From positions 25,358,001 through 25,422,000 of the forward strand of contig NC_043015.1 of the NCBI RefSeq assembly GCF_006345805.1: 64,000 bases of DNA. The letters are read 5' to 3'. The position numbers were made by a program, and so were the translations under genes. The stretch comes from Octopus sinensis (Eukaryota). Positions 1-11,793 of the stretch are shown here, piece by piece. The stretch's first letter is position 1, and each line of letters starts with the position of its first letter. The notes beneath the pieces were generated by a model, which was not told where the DNA came from, searched no databases, and saw nothing but the letters and a program-made list of their open reading frames with translations.

Positions 1-62
1 AGTCAAACCGTCCAACCCATGCCAGCATGGAAAACGGACATTGAATGATGAGGACAATGATG
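1..62 (+). mobile_element. 3' end of abundant interspersed repeat 'family A' (SINE-like or RTE 3'UTR-derived, (ATG)n tail)
   Basis: gtcaaaccgtccaacccatgccagcatggaaaacggac...atgatga; the same terminus recurs near 27345, 39150, 49255, 50015 and 54535, and inverted near 10930 and 20445. Confidence 0.75.
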
Positions 63-140
63 ATATATATATATATATATATATATGCACATATATACAC
101 ACACGCATATATATATATACATATATATATGGATATATAT

Positions 141-178
<38 letters not shown>

Positions 179-205
179 GCATATATATATATATATATAT
201 ATATA

Positions 206-258
<53 letters not shown>
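63..258. repeat. (AT)n microsatellite at the 3' flank of the RTE
   Basis: Direct sequence; explains the ORFs 45..404 and 85..303. Confidence 0.95.
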
Positions 259-259
<1 letters not shown>

Positions 260-3200
260 GGCTGTCCCCTCATTATCGAGTATGGCCATTGCACAAAGCT
301 TAACTGTTACTGGTGTTGTGATTGAATGTGACTTTTTAGCCCAGCTAAAAATGTCTTGTACAAAATTGGCAACTAAAACCTTTACTGGCAATAGCCCGCT
401 GTAGTTGTAACTGGGCTTCATGTACCTTTGCATGTCGTTTAAGTCCTCCTGCCGAATTACATTCTTTTCTACATGCCCGACAGATATGATTAGTATGGTG
501 TGTTACACCACCACCAGTGGCCAGGTTGTCACTCATCTGTCTTGTTTTATGACTACGAAGATGACTCTTGAGTCCAGCTTTACTGAGGCAGGGTCTTGCA
601 CAGACATTGCATGTCAACATCAAAGGAAGACCCTTCCCTTCTGGAAGTGTAACAGCGATGCCCTTCCTGACATCCCTCCTTACTTTCTCATATGCAACTT
701 GAGATTTCTCAAAAGTAGCTGTCCCCTCGTGCACAATCCTTCTCCACCTGCTACGATCAATAGCTATGCCTTCCCGTGTGTCAGGAGAGATGCTAGCATC
801 TCTTAAGGAAGCCTTCAGCAAGTCCTTATACCTCTTTTTTGGTTTATGTGGAGGTCGTTCTCCTTTAGCTAACTCTCCATAAAAGAGTTGTTTTGGTATC
901 CTTGAATCCTTCATTCTGACCAGATGACCACACCATCTGAGCCTTTGCTTTAACACAAGAGCTTCAATACTTTCACACCGAGAGCCTTCCAATATTTCAA
1001 GATCACTGATGTGGTCCTTCCACTTAATGCCATAGATCCATCTGAGGCACATCTGATGGAAATGTTCCAGTTGTTTAAGGTGGTATCGATATGTGACCCA
1101 CGTCTCACAGGCATAGAGAAGAGAAGGGAGCACATATGCCTTGTACACCTTTATCTTTGTCTTTCTGCATATGTCTCGCCGACTCCAGAGGTGCTTTTCT
1201 AGCCTTCCAAAAGCAACACTTGCTTTCCTAATTCTATATGGAATTTCATCATCCAAATTGCCATATCTATTAATAGTGCTTCATAGGTAGACAAACTGAT
1301 GAACTACATCAAGTCGTTTACCATACACATAGATATTTGGTACACTATACTGCTTACCAGGGGCAGGTTGATGCATGACAACAGTTTTCTTGAGATTGAC
1401 TGTCAATCCTAAGGCAGTGCAAGCATCAGAGAGCGCATTCAAAATGTATTGCATACCAATCTGTGTGCGCTACTAGCTCACAATCATCTGCATACAAAAG
1501 GTCTCTTATGATAGAGGTAAATACCTTTGTTTTTGCAGCAAGGCACCTGATATTAAATATGCTGCCAAAGGTTCTATAATGGATGTAAACACCGTATCTG
1601 CAGTTTCTGAATGCAATACAGAACACCATCGCGAAATATATGGAAAATAGGTTCGGTGCCAGAATATCCCCCTGTTTCACTCTATTTTGTATTGAAATGG
1701 GCTCCGACATTTTCTCTCTAACATTCACCCTACCATTCATGTCTTCATGAAAAGACCTAACCAAAGCAAGGAACTTTTCAGGACACCCTAGTTTCTGGAG
1801 GACTTTTCACAATGCTTTTCTATTGACGATATCAAAGTCTTTTGTCAGATCGACAAAAACCTGATGCAAATCCAAACCCTGTTCCACACACTTTTCCTGA
1901 AGCTGTCTAGCTGAAAAGATCATATCAGCAGTGCCACGTCCACACGAAAGCCAGATTGACTTTCTGGAAGAACACAATCTGCAATGTATTTCAGCAGACG
2001 ATCCAGAAGTATCCGGCATAAAACCTTTCCTACAGCAGACAGCAATGATACTCCCCTATAATTACCACAATCGTTCCTGTTGCCCTTTCCCTTATACAGG
2101 ACCACCATTACTGCATCTCTCCAGTCCTCAGGTACAGATTCGCTGGTCCATACCTTACCAAACAAAGAGTGAAGTTTCTGCAGAATTTTCTCACCACCAT
2201 GCTGTAACAACTCCGCATGTATGCCATCCATACCCGGAGACTTCCCATTATTCAACCTTGAGACAGCCATTGCAACTTCTTCCAACTTTGGTGGTTCTGT
2301 GAGTGCTGCCTTCACAGGCAATCCAGGGATGAGATTGAGAACATCCTCACTAACTACAGACTGCTGATTCAAAAGTTCATCAAAGTGTTCTTGCCACCTT
2401 CACAGAATTCCTTGTGAATCACAAAGAAGTTCTTTACCATCCCTGCTTTGATGTGGTGTCATCAGGGAAGACATCGGTCCATAAACTTCTCGCAAGAGAC
2501 CATACAACAGCTTTGTGTTATTGGAATCTGATGCCGCCTGTATCTCATCAGCCTTCTAACTCCACCACGTATCCCTCATCTGAGAGAGCCTTTGTTTCAC
2601 ACGTGATTTTACGTCCTTGAGTTCTCTATGCATTACTTCCCTTTCTTGTGGCTTTGCTGACAAATAGCATGACAAAGTACGCATTTTATCAGCCAATAAA
2701 TCTATGTTCATCATTTTCTTTGAACTAATCTTGATGCTTTCTTTGTATCAATCCCAGAACTTTCTTGCCTATATCATAAACTGACTTTTTAAGGGTCGGC
2801 CAATCCTCCCCAATATCTGCAGCATTCATTTCCTCTCGTAAAGTTCTCTTCACACTATTATACCTAAGACGATCAACATTCAGTCTTTTAGGCAGGGTAA
2901 TCCCTGTAGCTCGGATTTTATGTTTTGTGACTAATTTCACTTTTGCGTGTACTAGAAGAACACAAACACACTGCACATCCTGTCTGTCACGCACCCTAAC
3001 TAGGATGTAATCCAGAATATGCTATTCTTTAGATGCAGGGTGCATCCATGTAGTCTTAAGCTTATTCTTTTGTTGAAACATGGTATTGGTAACACACAGA
3101 CGCAGCTTCTCACACATCTGCAGCAAAAGCATGCCATTACTATTACACTTCCCCACCCCATGCTTTCCAATTACAGTCCATGTTTTAAAATCCCTACCCA

Positions 3201-4440
3201 CTCTAGCATTAAAGTCACCCAGTACAATGACTTTGTCTGCCCAAAGGATATTTCTTATAATACCCTTCAAAGCATGGTAGAAAGAAAGTTTTTCGTCATC
3301 AGTATAGCACATAGTTGGAGCATACACACTCACCAAGGTCAAAGAATTTCCTTTAGCCAAAGGAATTCTCATGGACATAAGACACTCGTTAATTCCGATT
3401 GGGAATTCTGCCAACTTGTCCACAAGAGTAGTCTTAACAGCAAATGCCACTCCAGCTTCTCCTCTAAACTCTTCATTCCTCCCTTTCCAAAAGAATGTAT
3501 ATTTTCCACAAGATTCTGTAAGATGACCATCTCCAAGTAATCTCGTCTCCGATAAAGCAACGATGTCAAGATCATAGCATTGAAACTCCTTCGCAACAAC
3601 CGCAGTCCTTCTTTCAGGACGTTCAGAGGACTTGCGGTCAAGCAGTGTCTGTACATTCCAACAGCCAATATTCACTATTTTCTTTGGTTCTATCCCAGTA
3701 GCATGATGATGGCCGGGTTCAGACTGTGATGCTCTGGAGCCCCTGTCGAGCCAGACTCTTTCAGCTTATGTGGTTTCAGAGTCCTTACTGCCATTTATTT
3801 TTATACTGTACATCATTGATTTTTTGCTTTTTAAGGCTACAGCCAGCCATTCAGTTGAGACTCACAGTGCCATCAACAATCATGGATTAGTTAATCAATT
3901 TAATCAATCAATCAATGTTGTTATCGTGCAATGCCTGTGCAAGAAGATTTTTTTTAAAGTGAGGAAAGACTGTGCACTGAGTCAATCCCACTCACTAAGC
4001 AACAGCAGCCATAATCCGAAAAGAAGAACAAGTCAACATCATCGGTAACCATTGAGCTGCAGGTTTTATGTCGGAGTTATCCCAGTTACCTGAGTTACTT
4101 TCTCCTAGAAGGATGCCCTAACAAAGCCTAGGAGTCCTTCACTCCCAATGGTTTAACCGCGTGATCGGGTATTCAGTCTAATTATTTCTATGTCCCTACA
4201 CATGATACAGCCTTAAGCCTTAAGAAAAAAAAAATTGCACATTTATTGGATGGCCGTTGACTCTCAAGAGTTCCTCCGCCCTTTGACGGGTTTTGCTTTT
4301 CATCCCACAGGGTGTCCAATAAACACCCTCCTCACCAAGCAAGCTTGGTGGGGTTGCCGGTTTAGTCACCGACAACCTGACCATGCAACAGGTTGTACTG
4401 GGTTACATGTTACCAGTAGCACTTGAAAGTGACCTGACAT
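259..4440 (-). mobile_element. RTE-clade LINE, family 1, near full length, degraded
   Basis: APE ORF 3022-3675 (CWNVQTLLD, ALSETR, VSVYAPT, LGDFNARVG). RT fragments 1920-2372 (KSPGMDG, NYRGVSLL), 1807-2019 (FVDLTKDFD) and 1426-1764 (QGDILAP, YADD). C-terminus 345-1256 with C2H2 fingers. ~760-nt 5'UTR beginning ATGTCAGGTC at 4440; short 3' tail ...gaggggacagccata. (AT)n on both flanks. Confidence 0.93.
305..3675 (-). pseudogene. Disrupted APE-RT-zinc finger ORF of RTE family 1
   Basis: Collinear ORF pieces in different frames, separated by frameshifts and stops. Confidence 0.9.
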
Positions 4441-4573
4441 AAATATATATATATATACACATATATACATATAACGGATATTAAAATGAATGGTTTACAC
4501 CTGGTAGGTTACTGGTAAAGCACGGTCACTTTCATAGTGATCATTATGTATATTCTATCTTCCTTCTTTCCTT

Positions 4574-4611
<38 letters not shown>

Positions 4612-4949
4612 GTTCATAAGTGTATGCATCCATGTATCTACTGTATCTATCTTCCACACACACACACACACACACACGCACACATATGTATTTATATATA
4701 TGTTTCACCAAAGACATATCTTGGGACAGAAGTTTCCATAGCCAGCAACATAAACATTATCACTCATAACAGCAGTATGTTCTGAAAATATAACTTTCCC
4801 AAATAAAGTCCACCTCATATTCAAGGCTCTAATGAAGCCATAAGATGCTATCTTGGTACCCAACTAAGATAAGAGTCCCCCACATTTATAGCAGAAACAA
4901 CTGTAAGCTGATGAAGTTCATTACATAACATTTGCTTTTTTTCCGGTGT

Positions 4950-5405
4950 CGTGTGTGTAGACCTCACACATGGTTCCAGCAAGATGGGGCAACTCCTCAT
5001 ACTGCAAGAGAAGCAATGCAGTTGCTACAGCAATGCTTTGGAGTGAGAATAATATCAACTGGCCTTGATTTTTTCATGTTGGGGGCAGCTGAAAGAGGTT
5101 TAAATCAACAAACCAGAGACCCTGGTGCAACTGAAGGAGAACATTAACAGAGAAATCAAAGAAGTGGGATCTGAAACTTTTGACAGTGCAAGTTTTGGAA
5201 AGAGCACGGGCGTGTGGAGCTCAAAATGGCTGCCATTTAACCAATGTCCTTTTTCATGTGATGTAGTGGTGTTGCAAAATTTGACTAGTGCAGATTAATT
5301 TCCATTATGTCTTTTATTTTGTATCAAAATTTCATGCATTTATTTGTAAAGCTAAGGAAGTTATTAAAAATTGAAATCCATCAGGTACTTTGGGGACAGC
5401 CTGTA
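4950..5405 (+). mobile_element. Tc1/mariner-superfamily transposon, 3' remnant with terminal inverted repeat
   Basis: WFQQDGATPHTAREAMQLL motif, then degraded DFFM(W)G.LK and RA..C...G.HL. Ends in gtactttggggacagcctg-TA, the reverse complement of a TACAGG.TGTCC-type TIR. Confidence 0.8.
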
Positions 5406-5689
5406 CTTCACAGCATTAGTAAGGTCCAGCAGCAAGGAAGTGAGAATTTCCACGTCACACTGGACTGTAACATGAAGGTAAATTGCTGACAGCTGAATAG
5501 AGGCAAATATGGTGGGAGCTGAGTGGGGAGTAGATAAAGGATCAAAGACAAAGGAAATTAGGAAGGGGTCAAGAGAGTGTCTGACAAATATATATACATA
5601 GGGGAAGAGTAAAAGGCAAAGTGGAGTGTACGCTCGAGTTGAGTCGCATAGTGTTGAACTTTAGGTAGTTAGTGTTTCTGTGTTAACCA

Positions 5690-6030
5690 ATGCCTTGTGA
5701 ATGAACTTGGTTGATGGAAACTGTGTGGAAGCCTTTCATACAAATGTGTGTTTGTGTGTATCTATCTATCTATATATATATATATATATATATACATACA
5801 CACACATGTGTTTGTCTGTCTGATCCACATCTCACCACTTGACAACCAGCATTGGTATCTTTACATCCCTGTAGATTAGTGGTTCAGCAAGAAGAGATTG
5901 ATAGAATAAGTAACAGACTTCAAAACAAATAAATAAGTAAAACACAGGGATGATCTGTTTGATGAAAACTCTTCAAGGTGATGCCCCAGCATGGCCACAA
6001 TTCAACAACTGAAGCAAGTAAAAGATAAAT
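5690..6030 (+). mobile_element. Degraded tRNA/CORE-type SINE 'family C'
   Basis: ccaatgccttgtga...gatggaaactgtgtggaagcc, an internal microsatellite, and tail aaggtgatgccccagcatggccaca; homologous to 7083-7488 and 31283-31680. Confidence 0.6.
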
Positions 6031-7082
6031 GGAATATGAGAGTCCTACAAGACTGTGATAGGTGGGGAGTGAGAGAGAGCAGAGAAGAATAAGTCAATGA
6101 GTAGAGAGTGAAGGAGAGTAAGAGAGGGTAAGTTGAAGGGTGGAAAGTGAAGGAGAGCAAGAGAGAGTAAGTTGAAGGTCAAAGAGTGAGGGAGAGCAGC
6201 GTATAAGTTGAAGGGCGGAGAGTAAAGGAGAGCAAGAGAGAATAAGCCAAAGGGTGAAGAGCGAAGGAGCGATAAGACATTAACGAGAGTGAAAAATCAA
6301 GAGAACTCAGTAAATGAAGAGCAAGGGGACAATGCTTAAAGAGAAGGGGCAAAAGAGATGAAGATCAATGGATAGACATAGTGTAAGAGGATAAGGGAAA
6401 TGGTGAGATGGAGTTTGAAATATCAAGAGACTAGGTCAGAGAAATATCCATGGATGGAGATTGAAAATCCAGCAAATACAAAGAGAGTTACAGACTCTCT
6501 TTCCATTGTTTGTTTTCTTTTTCTTTTTTTTTAAATGTGTTTTTAAAGGGTTCTTCTTTGAAAAGAATTTTCCACCTGACAGAATAAATTCATAATTCTT
6601 GTTGGTATCTCTCATTCCTTTTCATTACTCTCATCATTTTATTATGCTTTTGTCTCCGATGGTCTGTGACAAAATAAGTTCTCTTAAGCTGTTGTTTCTG
6701 TCTTTTCTGTTATTAAAAAGAAAAGAAATTGGATTTAATGTTACTAAAGAAATGGTACCTTTTGAACACCTTTTACTCTTCCCTTACACAGGATTAACTC
6801 TAATGAGCCAATAATGAATCCATAATGAACCTCAGTGGACTTACAAGAAGGAAGATAAACATTCATTTGAACCAGATGCATCAGAGTGAAACTCATGAAA
6901 GGATCTTATTTGTTATTGATAGCAATACTCGGTATGCCCTAAATTACTGTTGCTTTTTGAAATTCCATTATATTTGTGCAATTCCTCCATCCCCTAGAAA
7001 GATTTCCTTTAACTGCAATTAAGTCTTGAGCAACAGAATAATTGAGAAACTACTAGAATTCTCTAAATTATGATGAACATAT

Positions 7083-7488
7083 TCTTTTACTTGTTTCAGT
7101 CATTTGACTGCAGCCATGCTGGAGCACTGCCTTTAGTAGAGCAAATCGACCCCAGGACTTATTCTTTGGAAGCCTAGTACTTATTCTATCGATCTCTTTT
7201 GCTGAACAGCTAAGTTATGGGGACATAAACACACCACCATCGGTTGTCAAGTGATGTTGGGGGGACAAACACAGACATACAAACATATATACACACATAC
7301 ATATATATATATATACATATATACGACGGGTTTTTCTCAGTTTCAATCTACCAAATCCATTCACAAGGCTTTGGTCAGCCCAAGGCTATAGTAGAAGACA
7401 CTTTCCCAAGGTGCCATGCAGTGGGAATGAACCCGGAACCATGTGGTTGGTAACCATGCTACTTACCACACAGCCACTCCTGCACCTA
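7083..7488 (-). mobile_element. tRNA-headed CORE-type SINE 'family C'
   Basis: Minus strand begins taggtgcaggagtggctgtgtggtaag...ggttccgggttc (A/B-box-like), then gcaccttgggaaagtgtctt (CORE-like). Close match to 50180-50589. Confidence 0.8.
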
Positions 7489-8555
7489 TATAGTAAAATG
7501 TTTTGGATGCAGACTTAATTGTTCACCTGGTTTGCCACCACTATGTGGCCTTGGATACCATCTGCCCAAGAAGCAAATGCATGGGCCAGGGCTTTTGTCT
7601 CAGGAAAATGTTCTCCTTTCCTTCCACCAGGTTTGGAACTCCTTCAAACAGATCTCTGCTGCTTCTGTTCTTCTCCCAACTCTGAGGAAGCCATGGAAAA
7701 TAATTGGGTCATCATCCATCCATCTAAACCATGGCCTCGGCTTCTGAAACATTATTCATAAATATCAAACTTGTGGCTTTGTCATTGACAAACAGCTCAG
7801 TAAGTTAACCCTGCAGCCACAAGACCTATCACTCTCTCTCTCTGATTCTCTCTAACACTTGCACATGTGCACACACACACACACGCACGCACACACACAC
7901 ACATATACACACGCAAACACACACACACACACACGTATGCGTAACATAAGTGTTATAACAATGTGTATAGTTTTATGGCTAATAAAACTACACATGATTG
8001 ATATTTTCGAGGTATGTTTTCATTGCTGAAAATCAAGAGCATCAGCTGTATCGCAGAGTGGGAGACAAGTGACAGAGATACAAGAGAAGAAAGAGAGAGA
8101 GAGAAAGAGAGAGAGAGAGGAGAGAGAGAGGGAGGGAGAGAGGAGAGAGCGACATAGAGGGAACAACTATGAAAACAAAGCAAAAACATAACCAACCAAA
8201 CCAAACAAACACTGAAACAAATTCAAAAGCAAGAGGACAAACAAAAACCAAAAAAAAAACACTGAATAATTACTAGCCAACTATGTAATGGAATAAGACA
8301 ATAAAATTGTGGTGGCACCACTCTACATAAATCACTGCAAAACCAGCCTTTTGATTGAACATCACTCAAAGAGTGAAAGTTATAATGGTTTCAATTAGCA
8401 AACAAACATGATGACTATCCTCATATGAAACCAATCAAAATATGAATACTATTGTACATTTTGATTTTACTGAAGAATGGTGCAAATAATTAGAAACAAA
8501 AACCAGAAGAAAAAGATAAACAATTGAGGCTTGTAGAGCACTGAAGATTACATTG

Positions 8556-8628
<73 letters not shown>

Positions 8629-8636
8629 TATATATA

Positions 8637-8671
<35 letters not shown>

Positions 8672-8720
8672 TTGAGTGAGGAGAGTGGCAGTGTCATTAT
8701 TAATATTATTATGGTTATCT

Positions 8721-8945
8721 AAGGTGCTGAACTGGCAGAATCGTTAAAACGGTGGGCAAAATGTTAAGCAGTATTTTGTCTGTCTTCACTTTCTGAGTTT
8801 TAATTCCGCCAAGCTCAACTTTACCTTTCATCATTTTGGGGCCAATAAAATAAGTACCAGTTGATCTCTGGGGTAGATATAATTGACTTACACTTTCCTA
8901 CGAAATTGCTGGCCTTGTGCTAAAATCTGAAGCCATTATTATTAT
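8721..8945 (+). mobile_element. SINE 'family B' (tRNA-like head, ATT tail)
   Basis: aaggtgctgaactggcagaatcgtt...ctgagtttt...aaataagtaccagttg...attattatt; repeated at 17137, 19073 and 30540. Confidence 0.75.
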
Positions 8946-10039
8946 AATACTTTAACTCTTTAGATTTAAACTGGCCATATTCAGCCCAAAATAATCTGCC
9001 TTTTTATGTTGAAACTGACCAGATCTGGCCTTTCCCATCCACATTCTAAAAATAAACAATCATGTCATTGAAATCTTGAAGTCACAAGATAATGCATGAT
9101 TAATTCAAAACAAAGTGAACAAATAAGCATCACATTTGACAGACCAATCTGGATATTGAAGGGTTAACCAAAAGTCAGAAGATGACAGAATTGGTAAAAT
9201 GGCAAATAAAGAAAGAATATTAAGTGTTATTTTGTTCTGTTTCCATTTATTTTTTATTTCAAATCTTACTGTCATCAATCAAATGTTTCTAGTCAGTCTT
9301 TTAGGGTTAATTCTTAAAGAGGACCAGTCTTGTACTGGTTTAAGAAAGTGGTACCAGTTATTTTATCCAAACTGTGATTTTGCTCATGTATTAGAAAATG
9401 CAAAGATTTCTATATCAGGACATAGACTGAGACACATTTACAATGCTTAACCCATGTATTCATATATTTCTGTAGAAATTCACTGATTTTGTTTCAATTA
9501 AATTTTGAAATTAGTGAAGAATGTAAAAACAACTGTGATTAATAAGCTGACATCTAGAATATAAATTAATTTGGACAGAAGATTTTAATTTAGATTAATT
9601 TAAAACAGAAAGTTGTTATAGAATCAGGGCAATTTTAGGCAGGTTGGTATCAGAATGAATTCAGGGGATAATGTAGTAGCAAGGTACCAGCAGCTATTTT
9701 ACCAATGTAGATAATCTGGTTGCCTAAGAGGATTATCACCTCTTACTTGCAATATCTTTTACTTAAGTATTTAACCCATTCATTACTGCATCTCTATCAA
9801 AACACACCTGCCTTTGTTTTAATTAATTTTGAAATTAATGAAGAATTTAGTGAAAATGAAGAATAACTGTCATGATTAAGCTGCTATTTGTTACATAACT
9901 TAACATTAACTTATATTAGAAGCTTTTAATTAAGATCACTTTAAAACAAAGTTAGTGCCACAGAACCGAAGGTGGTCTCAAAAGAGTTGGCATTAAAAAC
10001 GTGAACCAATTTATTTTATTTTCCTGCAAGATTTATATT

Positions 10040-10620
10040 AAGGAATGGAATGGTAGATGTGGAAGGATTAATAGATACCATCAAGGTCTTTAATTTATTG
10101 GCTCCAGAAGGCTAAAAAGAAAAGTTGACCTTGATGGGATTTGAAACCAGAATGTAAAGCTGCAAATAAAATACTGCAAGATATTCTGTGCAAGAGTCAC
10201 ATGATTCTGCTAATCCAGCACCCTTATAACGATTTTGAATAATTGTTTTAGACTTGGCACAAGGCCAGTACTTTTTTGAGGGGAGGAAATTAATCAGTGG
10301 CATTCAATGCAGGATCTTACTGATATTTTATTCTATTGAATCAGAAAAGATGAAAAGCAAAGTTATCCAGGGTGGAATATGAACTCAGAGCATAAATAGC
10401 TGGATCAACTACCACATGGAATTTTTTTCCTACTGCTCTAACAATTCTGCCAGCGCACCACACTACAACAGCTGTAATAATGGTTTCAAGGTAAGTTCAA
10501 GGCCAGCAGATTAGTAAATGACATCAACCCCAGTACTTGGCTGGTATTTTGTTTTATCAACCTTAGAGGCAGCGAAGGCAATTTCGATCCCAGCGAGAAT
10601 TGAACTCGGAAAGTAAAGTG
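10040..10620 (-). mobile_element. Cluster of degraded family B SINEs
   Basis: Three reverse-complement copies of the aagtcaacctt/ggcgggatttgaactcaga core. Confidence 0.55.
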
Positions 10621-10785
10621 TTGCAAATGATAGCGTAAATGATGCACAGCTTTGAAAGTGTAAATTTATAGATCTTCATGGTATTGTTTCATTATGTTAA
10701 ACATTTTGATTGTGTCAGCAATTTTAACATAAAAATGCAGAATAATATCCACCTTCTCCTTCCCACTCACCCTCCCTCTATAGAC

Positions 10786-10826
<41 letters not shown>

Positions 10827-10926
10827 TCTTGTGTTTCCCATTCTTGCTTTTCCCTCATTCAACTACTCCTGTTCTGTTTCTCTCTTTATCTCCCTTTCTC
10901 CCTTTTCTCTCTCTCTCTATATATAT

Positions 10927-11186
10927 ATCATCATCATCATTTAACGTCCACTTTCCATGCTAGTATGGGTTGAACGATTTGACTGAGGACTGGTGAACCA
11001 GATGGCTGCACCAGGCTCCAATCCGATCTGGCAGAGTTTCTACAGCTGTATGCCCTTTCTAACGCCAACCATTCCGAGAGTGTAGTGGGTGCTTTTATGT
11101 GCCACCGGCATGAGGGCCAGTCAGGCGGTACTGGCAACGGCCACACTCAAATGGTGCTTTTTATGTGCCACCTGCACAGGAGTCAG
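10927..11186 (-). mobile_element. Family A repeat
   Basis: catcatcatttaacgtccactttccatgctagtatgggttg...ctaacgccaaccattccgagagtgtagtgggtgc. Confidence 0.85.
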
Positions 11187-11234
11187 TCCATATATATATA
11201 TATATATTATGTATGTATGTATGTATATGTAGAT

Positions 11235-11793
11235 ATGTCAGGTCACTTTCGAATGCTACTGGTAACATGTAACCCAGTACAACCTGTTGCATGGTCAGGT
11301 TGTCGGCGACTAAACCGGCAACCCCACCAGGCTTGCTTGGTGAGGAGGGTGTTTATTGGACACCCTGTGGGATGAAAAACAAAACCCATCAAAGAGTGGA
11401 GGAACTCTTGAGAGTCAACGGCCATCCAATAAATGTCTTAAGGCTGTATCATGCGCGGGCACATAGAAATAATCGGACTGAATACCCGATCGCGTGGTTA
11501 AACCATTGGGAGTGTAGGACTCCTAGCCTTTGTTAGGGCATCCTTCTAGGAGAAGATAACTCAGGTAACTGGGATAACTCCAACATAAAACCTGCGGCTC
11601 AGTGGTTACCGATGATGTTGACTTGTTCTTCGTTTCGGATTATGGCTGCTGTTGCTTAGTGAGTGGGATTGACTCAGTGTACAGCCTTTCCTCACTTTAA
11701 AAAAAAATCTTCTTGCATAGGCATTGCATGATAACAACATTGATTAAGCTTCGCGCAATGGCCATACTCGATAACGAGGGGGCAACCACCATA
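11235..11793 (+). mobile_element. Non-autonomous internally deleted derivative of RTE family 1 (5'UTR joined to 3' tail)
   Basis: 11235-11747 matches the reverse complement of ~3900-4440; 11744-11793 matches the reverse complement of 259-303. Confidence 0.9.

Noticed and set aside
45-404. Y/I-, V/C-, L/S- or poly-I/Y-rich ORFs throughout (also 23082-24286, 36141-36850, 37566-38180, 43360-43797)
   Set aside because: Translations of (AT)n, (AC)n, (AG)n and (TAT)n microsatellites.
4330-4440. Canonical HDV-like ribozyme fold for the RTE 5' head
   Set aside because: The tentative P1 has a mismatch, and P3/L3/J4-2 did not fit the consensus; kept only as a hypothesis.
7500-7761. Protein-like frames in unique sequence
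   Set aside because: No continuous frame between splice sites and no recognisable family.
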